A stretch of DNA of 57,219 bases, taken from NCBI GenBank assembly GCA_016794285.1, contig JAEUKO010000002.1, forward strand, positions 1,424-58,642, in the 5' to 3' direction. The stretch is from Alphaproteobacteria bacterium (lineage in GTDB: Bacteria > Pseudomonadota > Alphaproteobacteria > Micavibrionales > Micavibrionaceae). Position numbers and translations under genes: made by a program. The notes below the pieces were generated by a model, which was not told the origin of the DNA, ran no database searches, and worked only from the letters and a program-made list of their open reading frames with translations. Below, in pieces: positions 1-9,954 of this stretch. Position 1 is the stretch's first letter, and each line of letters begins with the position of its first letter.

Positions 1-1
1 G

Positions 2-649
2 GAATCTTTTTGTAAAGGGCTTGGGGCAAGTGATACGCGGTTTAATCGAGATGTTGATTATGCCCGTGTGTTCGATGCTCCTTTGACGGTTAAGGTCAAT
101 TTTACCGACGCGGCAAAGACACCTGTTGAGGAAGACGTTATTGCTCTGTTCCGCAATTTATCGGTTGCGCAGGTTCTTCCGGCGGTTTCGAAAACTGTGT
201 TCCAAACCGATACAAAATCAGCAGCAGCTCAAGATTTACGGGCCGCGATTGCAGCGCATAGTGTTGCCCAGAATACCTTTGCCGATATTGTTGGACAGAA
301 ATCTGAAGGAAGCGGGGCCTCTTCCGCAAGTATCAAAGCGGTGATCCAACATCTGGGGCTTTCAGCGGCAGATGCCGAGGCTCATATCGGAAGCAAGCCC
401 AGCTATTACGCACAGATGGAAATTCTGACCAAGAAAATGTACCAAGACCCTGCGTTTATTGCCAATCTTTATGAATCCCCAGAAAACGTAACGCGGCAGC
501 GGGCGGCCATCAAGGCAACCAGTTTGCAACAGGGTTCTGATCTTTACCAAAGTCTGAAACGGCGGGAAATGCTCTTGTCTGCGTTATTGGAGCTTAAACT
601 GCGGCAGCGGGCGGCACAAGAGAACCAAAGCGGATCAACAGCAGACTAG
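2..649 (+). CDS. hypothetical protein, C-terminal part (ORF open to left window edge)
   Basis: The frame of the listed 68..649 ORF has no stop back to nt 2, so the GTG at 68 is probably internal. The C-terminus is Ala/Gln-rich and helical. No family recognised. Confidence 0.45.
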   Translation, partial: ESFCKGLGASDTRFNRDVDYARVFDAPLTVKVNFTDAAKTPVEEDVIALFRNLSVAQVLPAVSKTVFQTDTKSAAAQDLRAAIAAHSVAQNTFADIVGQKSEGSGASSASIKAVIQHLGLSAADAEAHIGSKPSYYAQMEILTKKMYQDPAFIANLYESPENVTRQRAAIKATSLQQGSDLYQSLKRREMLLSALLELKLRQRAAQENQSGSTAD

Positions 650-745
650 AAGTTCGGTTTTCCTTGTCTTTTGCAAAATTAACACTATATTTTTGCCATG
701 CAGTGATTGCATTTGATTGAACATATTGCTCTTTGGAGAAGAAAA

Positions 746-1450
746 ATGCTCGAAAATCAATTTGGCGAAACCGTCCGTACAGGAAGTGCCAGTTACGATG
801 TAGGTCTGCGTGACCATATGCAGCGTATTTATAACCGCATGACGCTGGGGGTTCTGGTGACGGCGGTTGTTGCCTATGTGGTAGGTGGCTCACCGGAACT
901 GTTGAATTTGTTCCTGAACGGTCCACAGAAATGGTTGGTCATGCTGGCTCCCTTGGGGATTGTCATGTTTGGATTCAATCCGGCGAGGATGTCCTCGTCC
1001 GCTCTGCGAATTTCCTTCTTGGCTCTTTCCGTTTTGTACGGGATCAGCTTTTCCGCTATTTTCCAAGTCTTCACTGGGGAGAGCATTGCTAATGCCTTCT
1101 TTGTTGCGACTGGTATGTTCGCGGGGCTCAGCATCTTCGGCTATACAACCAGAAAAGATCTGACTGGCCTTGGGAACTTTGCGATCATGGGCGTTTGGGG
1201 GGCCTTAATTCTTGGGATCATCAATATATTCACCCAGTCTTCAGGCCTCGGAAACCTGATTTCAGTGGTTAGTATTATTGCCTTTGCTGGGATAACAGCT
1301 TGGGAAACCCAAAGAATGAAAGAAATGTATTCGGACCGGACCGATCCTGAAATGGCTAGCCGGATGTCATGGTTGTCAGCTCTTAATTTGTATATCAGCT
1401 TTATTGCAATGTTTCAGAGCATTCTCAGCCTGATGGGAAATCGGCAGTAA
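746..1450 (+). CDS. Bax inhibitor-1/YccA family membrane protein
   Basis: Multi-pass hydrophobic protein with BI-1-like N-terminus (YDVGLRDHMQRIYNRMTLGV) and ETQRMKEMY near the C-terminus. ATG at 746 follows GGAGAA; the ORF-track start at 707 is less likely. Confidence 0.8.
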   Translation: MLENQFGETVRTGSASYDVGLRDHMQRIYNRMTLGVLVTAVVAYVVGGSPELLNLFLNGPQKWLVMLAPLGIVMFGFNPARMSSSALRISFLALSVLYGISFSAIFQVFTGESIANAFFVATGMFAGLSIFGYTTRKDLTGLGNFAIMGVWGALILGIINIFTQSSGLGNLISVVSIIAFAGITAWETQRMKEMYSDRTDPEMASRMSWLSALNLYISFIAMFQSILSLMGNRQ

Positions 1451-1473
1451 CAGCTAATCACTACGTTTTTTAG

Positions 1474-1503
1474 AAAACCGCCCGTTGCTGGGCGGTTTTT
1501 TTG
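1474..1503 (+). terminator. rho-independent terminator after BI-1 gene
   Basis: CCGCCC (1478-1483) / GGGCGG (1490-1495) stem, 6-nt loop, then a T-run at 1496-1502. Confidence 0.8.
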
Positions 1504-1574
1504 TTCAAATTGACAAGGAAAGGAGGCTCCGCTAGTCTGACCCCCTCTCAATTTTTCCAAGGAAAGGGTTTCCT

Positions 1575-1991
1575 ATGCTTAAGGAATTCAAGGATTTTAT
1601 CGCACGCGGAAATGTCATTGATATGGCTGTCGGGATTGTCATGGGGGCAGCGTTCACAGCCATTGTTAACTCAGCAGTGGGTGACATTATTATGCCGATT
1701 GTTGGCTGGGCGATGTCTGGTGTTGATTTCTCGAACTACTTTATCCAACTCGGCGGAGACCAAGCCTACCCCTCTCTTAAATCTGCAAAGGATGCTGGTG
1801 TTCCGGTGCTGAGTTATGGGGTTTTGATAAACGCGACCATCAATTTTCTGGCCGTTTCGTTCTTCGTATTTTGGGTGGTTAAGGTCACCAATAAACTAAA
1901 AAAATCAACAGAATCTGCTCCGGCGGAACCATCCGCTCCGCCTGAGGAAGTTGTTTTGCTGCGAGAAATTCGAGATTCTCTTAAAAAATAA
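1575..1991 (+). CDS. mscL: large-conductance mechanosensitive channel MscL
   Basis: N-terminus MLKEFKDFIARGNVIDMAVGIVMGAAFTAIV is the canonical MscL signature; 138 aa. Confidence 0.93.
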   Translation: MLKEFKDFIARGNVIDMAVGIVMGAAFTAIVNSAVGDIIMPIVGWAMSGVDFSNYFIQLGGDQAYPSLKSAKDAGVPVLSYGVLINATINFLAVSFFVFWVVKVTNKLKKSTESAPAEPSAPPEEVVLLREIRDSLKK

Positions 1992-2079
1992 TCATTTTCC
2001 CTCACAAGGGCCAAAGAAGAGAAAATTTTCGCTTGATTACAAGGGAAAGGGGCTTTATTAGTGTTCCCACCTTGTGAGA

Positions 2080-2155
<76 letters not shown>

Positions 2156-2222
2156 TCTTTTCTCAAATGCACATAGTTGCCACGCTGACTTTGCTTTGGG
2201 GTGCTCGGCAGATCACAAGACT

Positions 2223-3119
2223 TTATGCCGGACTATTTTCTGCTTCAGAGGAAACTTTCTTTTTTGCCTTGAACCTGTTTTGAACCGACCATTGGTATAG
2301 GAAGGACAGGAGAGTCACATTAAGAGCAACAAGAATTGCCTGAAAATAAAGGACAGGGCCCAACATAAAAACACCTGCGAGCGATTCCAAATCCTTCTCA
2401 CCAATTTTTAGAATAAACCCCACTACAGCGGCAATTAGAATCACCACAACAATAACAAGGAACAACAAGAAGCCTTGACGCCAAGTGGCACGAATGCTTG
2501 CGACTATGAAAGTCCAGAGAAGGCCTTTGGAGACTTTTTTTGCCCCAGCACGAGTGAGATTAACCCCAACAGAGCGGGCAGGCAAAAGAAAGGAAAACTG
2601 AAGAGCTCTGTACACCCCGAGAGCGATCAAGCCAAGGCAAATCAATCCTCCTATCAAGGACAGAGCTATCATATTAAAATAAGAAAAAATACCAAAGACA
2701 AGCCCTCCTGCCATCCCCAGAAGAAAGGGAAGAAGAGCAATAAAATAAAAGGCCAAAAAGAATCCGCGACTTTTAGGGGGAAGAGATAATGGGGAGACCA
2801 AATTCTCCCTTCGCGCTCCCAAAAGGACAATGCGGTGCCAAGACATGGCAAAACAGGCCCAAAAATAAGACAATATAAAGGAAACCGAAATAGGACCTGC
2901 CACCCCAATCAGCAAATAGCTCTTGCTGTAATTTTTTAGTTCATGTTTGTCTATTGGGAAGTAAACCTCAACAGCAAGACTAGCAAGACTAAGAACGATG
3001 ATGTAAGGAAGCATGGGTTTCATGGCTTCCCACACCCAACCGAGGTTGGAACGAACGAACATACGGGCATCAAGAGCCACTTCGCGAGATGTCAAGGCGA
3101 CACTGCCAGATTCGTACAT
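2223..3119 (-). CDS. hypothetical multi-pass membrane protein
   Basis: 298-aa ORF with about 6-7 hydrophobic segments and AAGGAA upstream of the ATG. No family recognised. Confidence 0.6.
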   Translation of the reverse strand: MYESGSVALTSREVALDARMFVRSNLGWVWEAMKPMLPYIIVLSLASLAVEVYFPIDKHELKNYSKSYLLIGVAGPISVSFILSYFWACFAMSWHRIVLLGARRENLVSPLSLPPKSRGFFLAFYFIALLPFLLGMAGGLVFGIFSYFNMIALSLIGGLICLGLIALGVYRALQFSFLLPARSVGVNLTRAGAKKVSKGLLWTFIVASIRATWRQGFLLFLVIVVVILIAAVVGFILKIGEKDLESLAGVFMLGPVLYFQAILVALNVTLLSFLYQWSVQNRFKAKKKVSSEAENSPA

Positions 3120-3182
3120 TTTTCTGTTCCTTTCTTGTCGGGTCTACACCAAGGAACATTAGCTAAAATTAGTTAACTAACC

Positions 3183-5495
3183 TTAAACCCTCTCAGGCTC
3201 AGTTTCGTTTTCTGCTTTATTTGACTTTGGCTTGTCGGGAACAAAAACGAAGTTCAGAGAGTCATGGTCGCAATCAATAACAACCGATCCACCGTTCACC
3301 AAACGCCCGAATAATAGTTCTTCGGCCAACGGTTTTTTGACTTTTTCTTGAATAGCGCGGGCGAGTGGTCTGGCCCCCATAACTGAATCGTAACCGATTT
3401 TAGCGAGGTATTCCCGCGCCTTGTCTGAAAGGGAGATCACCACATTTCGCTCAGCCAATTGCGCTTCAAGCTGCATAATGAATTTATCAACGACGCGCAG
3501 AACGGTTTGAGGTTTGAGAGCCGCAAAGGGAACAATTGCATCAAGACGGTTGCGGAATTCAGGAGTAAAAAGCCGCTTGATTTCTTCTTCATCCCCGTCG
3601 GCGCGATGATTTGCTTCGAAGCCCAGAGGTGCTTTGGCCATTTGTGCCGCCCCTGCATTGGTCGTCATGATGAGAATGACGCTGCGGAAATCAACAGCCT
3701 TCCCATTATTGTCGGTGAGTTTGCCGTAGTCCATCACCTGCAAAAGAAGGTTAAAAAGGTCAGGGTGAGCTTTTTCGATTTCATCCAGAAGAAGAACGCA
3801 GTGCGGCTGTTGGTCAATCTTATCAGTCAAGAGCCCGCCTTGTTCGTAACCGACATAACCCGGGGGAGCTCCGATAAGGCGCGAGACAGCGTGCCTTTCC
3901 ATGTATTCCGACATATCAAAGCGAATCAGGTCAACCCCCAAAGTTTTGGCCAGTTGTTTGGCCACTTCGGTTTTTCCAACACCTGTTGGGCCAGAAAAAA
4001 GGTAACATCCAATAGGCTTTTCGGGATCACGCAGACCGGCTCGTGCCATTTTAATTGAATCAGACAATACACCAATGGCTTCATCTTGATCGAAGACCAT
4101 TGTTTTCAAATCGCGGTCCAGATGTGCGAGAACAGCGCGATCATCCTTGGATACTGATTTAGCCGGAATGCGAGCAATGGTTGCAACAACAGCCTCAATA
4201 TCCTTGACCCCAATTGTCTTTTTGCGTTTTGCAGCAGGCAGCAACATTTGAGCTGCTCCGACCTCATCAATAATATCAATTGCCTTGTCAGGGAGTTTTC
4301 GATCTCCGATATAACGGGCCGACAATTCTACCGCTGCTTTAATAGCTTCGGCTGTGTATTTCACGTTGTGGTGTTGCTCATAGTAGGGCTTGAGGCCCTT
4401 GATAATCTTAATACTGTCTTCAATGGTGGGTTCAGCCACATCTATTTTTTGAAAGCGACGTGCCAGAGCACGGTCTTTTTCAAAGTGAGAGCGGTATTCC
4501 TTATAGGTCGTAGATCCTACACAGCGCAGCCCGCCGTTGGCCAAGGCCGGTTTGAGCAAGTTAGAGGCATCCATTGCACCTCCGCTGGTTGCCCCCGCTC
4601 CGATAATGGTATGAATTTCATCAATAAACAAAACCACATTGTTCATGGATTGCAATTCGGAAAGAACAGCCTTGAGGCGTTCTTCAAAATCTCCACGATA
4701 CCGCGTTCCAGCTAGCAAGGCTCCCATATCAAGAGAGAAAATAGTGCAGCCCAGTAACACTTCCGGCACATCCCCATCTTCAATTTTCCGTGCAAGACCT
4801 TCGGCAATCGCTGTCTTTCCAACACCCGGGTCCCCGACATAGAGCGGATTGTTTTTACTCCGCCGGCAGAGAATCTGGATGGTTCGGTCCACTTCTTTTT
4901 CGCGGCCAATCAGAGGGTCAATTTTTCCTTTATTAGCCTTGTCATTCAAGTTGATACAATAGGCATCTAACGCTTCTTTTCCTACGCGAACCGGCTTGTC
5001 GTCAGGGAGTTCTTCGCTCCCGCGTGGGACTTTGGGAGAGTCCTCCGTTCCCATAGCCCCGGGGACTTTGGCAATCCCATGAGAAATATAATTGACCGCA
5101 TCAAAGCGGGTCATATCCTGCGATTGCAGGAAGAAAACTGCATGACTTTCTCGTTCAGAAAAAAGAGCAACCAGAACATTGGCTCCGGTAACTTCTTCCC
5201 GTCCAGAAGATTGAACGTGAATAGCTGCGCGTTGCAAAACACGCTGAAAAGCCGTCGTAGGCTTCGCTTCCGCAATATGGGGGTTAATAAGGTAGGAGAG
5301 TTCGTTGTCTAGGTATAAACTGATTTGTTCGCGCAAAGTTCCAAGTGAAACGCCGCAAGAGCGTAAAACCGCCATCGCATCTTGATCTTCGAGCAGAGCC
5401 CACAACAAATGTTCCAGCGTTGCATACTCATGCTGGCGGCTGTTGGCCGAAGCCAGTGCTTTGTGAAGGGTTAGTTCAAGGTTGCGCGAAAGCAC
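3183..5495 (-). CDS. clpA: ATP-dependent Clp protease ATP-binding subunit ClpA
   Basis: 770 aa with a Clp N-domain and two AAA+ modules (GDPGVGKT and GPTGVGKT Walker A). Lies directly downstream of clpS. Confidence 0.96.
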   Translation of the reverse strand: MLSRNLELTLHKALASANSRQHEYATLEHLLWALLEDQDAMAVLRSCGVSLGTLREQISLYLDNELSYLINPHIAEAKPTTAFQRVLQRAAIHVQSSGREEVTGANVLVALFSERESHAVFFLQSQDMTRFDAVNYISHGIAKVPGAMGTEDSPKVPRGSEELPDDKPVRVGKEALDAYCINLNDKANKGKIDPLIGREKEVDRTIQILCRRSKNNPLYVGDPGVGKTAIAEGLARKIEDGDVPEVLLGCTIFSLDMGALLAGTRYRGDFEERLKAVLSELQSMNNVVLFIDEIHTIIGAGATSGGAMDASNLLKPALANGGLRCVGSTTYKEYRSHFEKDRALARRFQKIDVAEPTIEDSIKIIKGLKPYYEQHHNVKYTAEAIKAAVELSARYIGDRKLPDKAIDIIDEVGAAQMLLPAAKRKKTIGVKDIEAVVATIARIPAKSVSKDDRAVLAHLDRDLKTMVFDQDEAIGVLSDSIKMARAGLRDPEKPIGCYLFSGPTGVGKTEVAKQLAKTLGVDLIRFDMSEYMERHAVSRLIGAPPGYVGYEQGGLLTDKIDQQPHCVLLLDEIEKAHPDLFNLLLQVMDYGKLTDNNGKAVDFRSVILIMTTNAGAAQMAKAPLGFEANHRADGDEEEIKRLFTPEFRNRLDAIVPFAALKPQTVLRVVDKFIMQLEAQLAERNVVISLSDKAREYLAKIGYDSVMGARPLARAIQEKVKKPLAEELLFGRLVNGGSVVIDCDHDSLNFVFVPDKPKSNKAENETEPERV

Positions 5496-5501
5496 GGCTT
5501 G

Positions 5502-5930
5502 CTACTCTTTTTCCATGGTACACTGCAAAGGCTGTTCGTTCGAACGTGCGAAATCCATAACCTGATTGACCTTCATTTCGGCAATCTCATAGGTAAAAAT
5601 TCCGCACAGCCCGACACCGCGACGATGGACGTGCAGCATAATATCCGTCGCCTCTTCCCTAGTTTTACTGAAAAACCTTTCTAAAACGTGAACAACAAAC
5701 TCCATCGGGGTATAGTCGTCATTCAGCAAAAGAACTTTATAGAGGGAGGGTTTGCGCGTTTTGGGTTTAGGTTTAAGCAGAACGCCTGGTTGCAGACGTT
5801 CCTCTCTATCGGGATTTTCTCCTGCAAAAGGACCTTCCCCTACTGGGTCCAGCAAGGGGGTAAAAGAAATTTCTGCGAACGAACGGGTATGCGCGACTAT
5901 CATTGCTTTGAAACCTAAGGCCAAGATCAT
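5502..5930 (-). CDS. clpS: ATP-dependent Clp protease adaptor ClpS
   Basis: Core motif [24 protein letters not shown]...[17 protein letters not shown]. Start is uncertain (ATG at 5930 or 5903). Confidence 0.9.
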   Translation of the reverse strand: MILALGFKAMIVAHTRSFAEISFTPLLDPVGEGPFAGENPDREERLQPGVLLKPKPKTRKPSLYKVLLLNDDYTPMEFVVHVLERFFSKTREEATDIMLHVHRRGVGLCGIFTYEIAEMKVNQVMDFARSNEQPLQCTMEKE

Positions 5931-5974
5931 TTCGAGCCTATCTATTAATTAGGCAATCAAGAGGCGTGGATCAA

Positions 5975-6012
5975 GAAAAAACCTCCAGAAGCTGGGCATC
6001 CGGAGGTTTCTT
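5975..6012 (-). terminator. rho-independent terminator downstream of phasin gene
   Basis: On the minus strand, a CCTCC..GGAGG stem with an inner CCAG/CTGG pairing is followed by TTTTTTC (plus-strand A-run 5975-5980). Confidence 0.6.
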
Positions 6013-6053
6013 TGTTTGTCATACCCTTTAACAAGGGAATTGCAACATTTTGA

Positions 6054-6584
6054 TTAGGCGGAAAATCCTTCAGAGGCTTTTTTAACGGTTTTTGTAACTT
6101 GATCGTTAATCGGCTCCAGAGCTTCGGTGCAGAGTTTGATGGTCATTTCCGAAATTTTGGTAGCTGCGGCCATAGCGTCTTCGAAACCCTGTTGAGCCAA
6201 TTTGCTTTGAGCTTCTGACATTTCACTGACTGTTTTGGCAGCCATCAAGGACTTCCAAGCAGATGAACTGCGTTCGGTGTTTTCTTGCGCCATGGACATC
6301 ATAGTTTTCATGATGCTTTCGGCCCCTTTAGCAAAGCAGGACGCGCTTTTTGTCCATGCTTCAACGCCTTGACGACTGACCGTTCCGGCATCGCCAGATA
6401 TTTTCTCGTATTGTGATTTCGCACTACCCATTATTTTCTCCACAGATTCAAAATTGTTGGAACTAGAAGGATTACACATAGAAGCTGCCATCGGGCTGAA
6501 TGGAACGACCGACATCGGAGATTCCTTTTTCACAGGAGTGGCTTTTGCTTTCGGAGCTGGTTTTTTGGTTGGTTTGCTTGGCAT
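6054..6584 (-). CDS. phasin-family (PHA granule-associated) protein with lysine-rich N-terminal tail
   Basis: The helical Ala/Glu/Lys-rich body, ...SEAQSKLAQQGFEDAMAAATKISEMTIKLCTEALEPINDQV, matches the alphaproteobacterial phasin pattern. The first 22 aa are MPSKPTKKPAPKAKATPVKKES. Confidence 0.65.
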   Translation of the reverse strand: MPSKPTKKPAPKAKATPVKKESPMSVVPFSPMAASMCNPSSSNNFESVEKIMGSAKSQYEKISGDAGTVSRQGVEAWTKSASCFAKGAESIMKTMMSMAQENTERSSSAWKSLMAAKTVSEMSEAQSKLAQQGFEDAMAAATKISEMTIKLCTEALEPINDQVTKTVKKASEGFSA

Positions 6585-6657
6585 GGTTTAAGACCTCAAT
6601 CTTTGAAACACTATAAGTTGTTGTTTTGTTATCCTGAACTTAAAATATACGCAATTT

Positions 6658-6773
6658 TGCAGTGCCGCAAAGACTAAAGGAGAAATATCTTAACTCCACC
6701 CACAATTTTGCAATGCACCATTTGAGTGATAACCCAAGCCATATAAAAAATCAATAGAGATTTGTGCGGTGCA
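6658..6773 (-). promoter_or_regulatory. three TGC-N3-GC(A/C) palindromic sites upstream of phasin gene (candidate PhaR operators)
   Basis: TGCAGTGCC at 6658-6666, TGCAATGCA at 6709-6717 and TGCGGTGCA at 6765-6773. The first two sit inside a longer direct repeat CAATTTTGCA(G/A)TGC. Confidence 0.35.
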
Positions 6774-6964
6774 TTATTTTCAGCTTTTATAGACACTCTT
6801 TCCTTTATTGGCTAAAGTTTGGGCGCGGGGAGATTCGCAAATCCAAGGGGTTCGTTGAGTGAATCCTAAGTCCGGTTTTTCTAGCAATGAGACTAGCAAT
6901 AAGAAATGTTATAGTATAGCACTTTGTGACTATTGGGCGTTTCAAGGGAGTGGTAAAAGTGATA

Positions 6965-8248
6965 ATGCGGAGCCGTTCCGTCAACCTTTTGGTGTTGCTA
7001 TGTGTAGCTTTGGTGGCTTGTTGGCCATCATTAGCTGACGCAAGAGGCAAAGGTAAAAAACCTAGCCGCAACATTTATGCTGCAATTGTTATTGATGCGG
7101 ATAGTGGGGAAGTTATCCATCAAGATGAAGCTGATAAAGTTCTTCATCCGGCCTCTTTGACTAAAATTATGACGCTGCTTTTGGTGTTTGAAGCTCTTAG
7201 TAAGAAAGAGCTATCTTCCCGCTCTTCTGTAACTGTTTCTCGTTATGCCGCTTCGATGAGTCCCAGCAAAGTCGGGTTAAAGCCCGGACAAAGTATGTCT
7301 GTGCAAGATGCTGTTTACAGCCTTGTGACCAAATCGGCCAACGACATTTCTGTAGCCCTTGCCGAGAAAATTGGCGGTAGCGAAGCCCAGTTTGCGAGAA
7401 TGATGACTGCAAAAGCTCGCGAGATTGGCATGAACAAGACACGGTTTGTCAACGCGTCAGGTTTGCATGATCCCCGCCAGCAATCGACAGCGCGAGACAT
7501 GGCAATTCTGGGGAGGTATATTTTCAAGACGTATCCGCAATATTATCATGTTTTTGGTCAAAAAGCTTTTCGCTACAATGGAAGACTTTTTCGCAACCAT
7601 AACCATTTGATGGAAAGCTATCAGGGCATGGATGGGATAAAAACAGGATATGTCGCCGCTTCTGGGTTTAACCTTGTTGCCTCGGCCAAGCGAGGCAATC
7701 ATCGTCTGATTGGTGTTGTTTTTGGCGGACAGAGTACCAGTTCCAGAAATTCGCGTATGGCGGACTTGCTTGACGATGGATTCGAGAAAGTTAAAATGCG
7801 GCGGAGTGTTCCTAAAAATATATCGCCAACTCTTCCTGTGGAAACCAAGCGGGTTGATCCTGTTGTGCCGCCTGTCCTGACCTCACCCGCTGCTTCAACT
7901 CCACCTCCTGCTGTTCCAGAGGTTCCCCAGTTTGCGCAGCCTATTCAATCTGCTGCTGCCGACCCTTCGTCTTCTCAGGCCTTCTCGGCCAGTCCTTTGA
8001 GCAATGGAACATGGTCGGTGCAAATTGGCGCGTACCAATCGCGCCTTGCGACCGATCAAGCCTTATATCAAGCAATGCGAAAACTTCCCTCCCACTTGGC
8101 ACGTGCGAATCCCTTGGTTGTTCCTTTGCGGACCACCGAAGCAACATGGGTGTTTCGAGCGCGGCTTAGCGGATTCAGCAAAGATCAAGCGATTGAAGCG
8201 TGTAAGTATCTTTCGGAGTGCCTTCCCATTTCACCCCAAGCCAATTAG
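6965..8248 (+). CDS. D-alanyl-D-alanine carboxypeptidase (S11 family) with C-terminal SPOR domain
   Basis: Signal peptide MRSRSVNLLVLLCVALVACWPSLADA, SLTK (SxxK) motif, KTG motif (GIKTGY), a Pro-rich linker, then a SPOR-like WSVQIGAYQSRLATDQA...FRARLSGF. Confidence 0.85.
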   Translation: MRSRSVNLLVLLCVALVACWPSLADARGKGKKPSRNIYAAIVIDADSGEVIHQDEADKVLHPASLTKIMTLLLVFEALSKKELSSRSSVTVSRYAASMSPSKVGLKPGQSMSVQDAVYSLVTKSANDISVALAEKIGGSEAQFARMMTAKAREIGMNKTRFVNASGLHDPRQQSTARDMAILGRYIFKTYPQYYHVFGQKAFRYNGRLFRNHNHLMESYQGMDGIKTGYVAASGFNLVASAKRGNHRLIGVVFGGQSTSSRNSRMADLLDDGFEKVKMRRSVPKNISPTLPVETKRVDPVVPPVLTSPAASTPPPAVPEVPQFAQPIQSAAADPSSSQAFSASPLSNGTWSVQIGAYQSRLATDQALYQAMRKLPSHLARANPLVVPLRTTEATWVFRARLSGFSKDQAIEACKYLSECLPISPQAN

Positions 8249-8260
8249 GAAAGGGACAAA

Positions 8261-8938
8261 ATGTCTCATCAACGCGGGAATATTCTTTTCTATGTTTTAA
8301 TCGGCATTGTTCTGGTGGGTCTTCTAACTGTCGCCCTGCGCAATACAGGAAACATGAAAGACAATATAGACTCGGAGAATTTAGTTATCCGCGCCGGAGA
8401 AGTACAAAGGCACGCTGGCGAAGTCGAAAAAGCCGTTGGAATTCTCATTGGCAACCATGTCAGTGAAAGCGATATTCGTTTCGCCCACCCCGATGCTCCA
8501 GCTGAATACGGAACCATCACCACCAACCCAACATTTCAGGTTTTCTCAGAAACGGGTGGAATGGCAACTTACAGGCTTCCACCTAGTGGAGTAAATGATG
8601 GGAGTAAATGGGAGTTCTATGGCACCAGCGATATTCCCGAAGTCGGGTCTGACCAATCAGAATTGATTGCTGTTCTGCCTAACGTTACGCAAGAATTCTG
8701 CAAAGTAATAAACGCTCAATTAGGCTTTACCGCTGGAACGCAACCTCTTGATGACTCAAGTGGAGCTTCCCCTGATTGTGTCCAAGGAGCTGCCGTCAAC
8801 CGCTTTACTGGAACTTTTGATACAACGCCCAATCTGCTCGACAAGACAACCTTCAGCGTCTTGCCCTCTTACCAAGGGTGTGTGACGTGCGCGAGCGACA
8901 ACTCCTATCACTACTTCCATGTCTTGTTGTCTCGATAA
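8261..8938 (+). CDS. pilin-like protein, uncharacterised family (paralogue 1)
   Basis: N-terminus MSHQRGNILFYVLIGIVLVGLLTVAL resembles a prepilin leader plus hydrophobic helix but lacks Glu5. It has 4 Cys in the C-terminal half, shares blocks with 12339..13016, and has a GGAAAGGGA RBS. Confidence 0.6.
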   Translation: MSHQRGNILFYVLIGIVLVGLLTVALRNTGNMKDNIDSENLVIRAGEVQRHAGEVEKAVGILIGNHVSESDIRFAHPDAPAEYGTITTNPTFQVFSETGGMATYRLPPSGVNDGSKWEFYGTSDIPEVGSDQSELIAVLPNVTQEFCKVINAQLGFTAGTQPLDDSSGASPDCVQGAAVNRFTGTFDTTPNLLDKTTFSVLPSYQGCVTCASDNSYHYFHVLLSR

Positions 8939-8940
8939 TT

Positions 8941-9480
8941 CTAAAGTATAGGCTTGGCGTGAAGGGCCCCCCTCATGCGGTTAATTCCCTTCACGAGATT
9001 ATAGGGATCTTTGACCGTTGGTAGATGAACATCTCCCACAAAGCGCATATCCAGAAAGATCGTTCCATAGCTTAAAAAACTTCCCAAAAACCCATGGTTG
9101 ACGGTTTCGGAAGATATTTCATCAAGGGAGATTTCTTCCACTTCAACAAAAATAAGGCCGCGTTTATAGACAACCCGTTTGTTGGTTAAAACAATCTCGG
9201 TGGACAAAAGCTTGATAACATAGACCCAAAGAACCAGAATCCCCGTGGCTAAAAACAAGGCGAGGACGGCATGAAATTGAAGCCAAAACGGGATGTAAGA
9301 AAAGGAAACAATGGGCCCGCTTCCCTCACTGATAAAATAGATTCCCCAGTCAGCGGCGAAGCCAAATCCTGCCAAGAACAAAAACCACATCAGGCCCTTA
9401 ACTGCGTAGATCCAGTGCAAGCGCGTGATCGTTACCACCCGTTCATCGGACCCAACAATATGTTTGGCAATAAAACTCAT
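8941..9480 (-). CDS. membrane protein with bacterial PH (bPH_2/YdbT-like) domain
   Basis: Two TM helices are followed by IVLTNKRVVYKRGLIFVEVEEISLDEI...VGDVHLPTVKDPYNLV, typical of bPH_2. The ATG at 9480 is preceded by AGGAGG. Confidence 0.65.
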   Translation of the reverse strand: MSFIAKHIVGSDERVVTITRLHWIYAVKGLMWFLFLAGFGFAADWGIYFISEGSGPIVSFSYIPFWLQFHAVLALFLATGILVLWVYVIKLLSTEIVLTNKRVVYKRGLIFVEVEEISLDEISSETVNHGFLGSFLSYGTIFLDMRFVGDVHLPTVKDPYNLVKGINRMRGALHAKPIL

Positions 9481-9557
9481 CTTTTCCTCCTGTCCCCTCA
9501 TCTTATACGCCGCCTTCCTGCAAAACCAGAAGGGATTTAAGGACGAGGGGATGAAAG

Positions 9558-9878
9558 TTAGCTAGGGGAGTAGGCGCGCTCGTGATTTTCGCCAATGATC
9601 CGGTAAAGTTGAAGTGTCAAAGAATCGCTTCCTTCTTGGTAAAGGTTCAACAGATCGTTCACAAGAGAAGCGCGAGTTTTTGAATCGGGAATCACTTTTG
9701 CCAAAGTCCCTGCAAAATCCTTGCAAAGATCGGGGCGGTTACCCAACCCGTTTGCGACGACAGCGTCTACAAAAGAAGTGGCGAGAGCAGCAACCTCTTT
9801 GGGCTCTGCTTTTTCCAGTTTTTCTAATATGTCTTGTGCGTGTTGGTTAAAATCACAAACTCGTTCACTTGCCATCAC
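9558..9878 (-). CDS. hypothetical small helical protein
   Basis: 106-aa ORF with no overlap with neighbours and no recognised motif. Confidence 0.4.
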   Translation of the reverse strand: MMASERVCDFNQHAQDILEKLEKAEPKEVAALATSFVDAVVANGLGNRPDLCKDFAGTLAKVIPDSKTRASLVNDLLNLYQEGSDSLTLQLYRIIGENHERAYSPS

Positions 9879-9954
9879 AATTCCCCTTTTTAAGTTATGA
9901 ATAATAAACTTAAAAAAATCTCAATTGCAAGTTATTTTTTGCCGTGGTTTTGGT

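Noticed and set aside
2001-2078. Inverted repeat CCCTCACAAGGG / CCTTGTGAGAGGG flanking the region upstream of tRNA-Ala
   Set aside because: The arms are short and 60 nt apart. I cannot test a functional role (promoter occlusion or pre-tRNA processing stem). It could also simply be the mscL terminator region.
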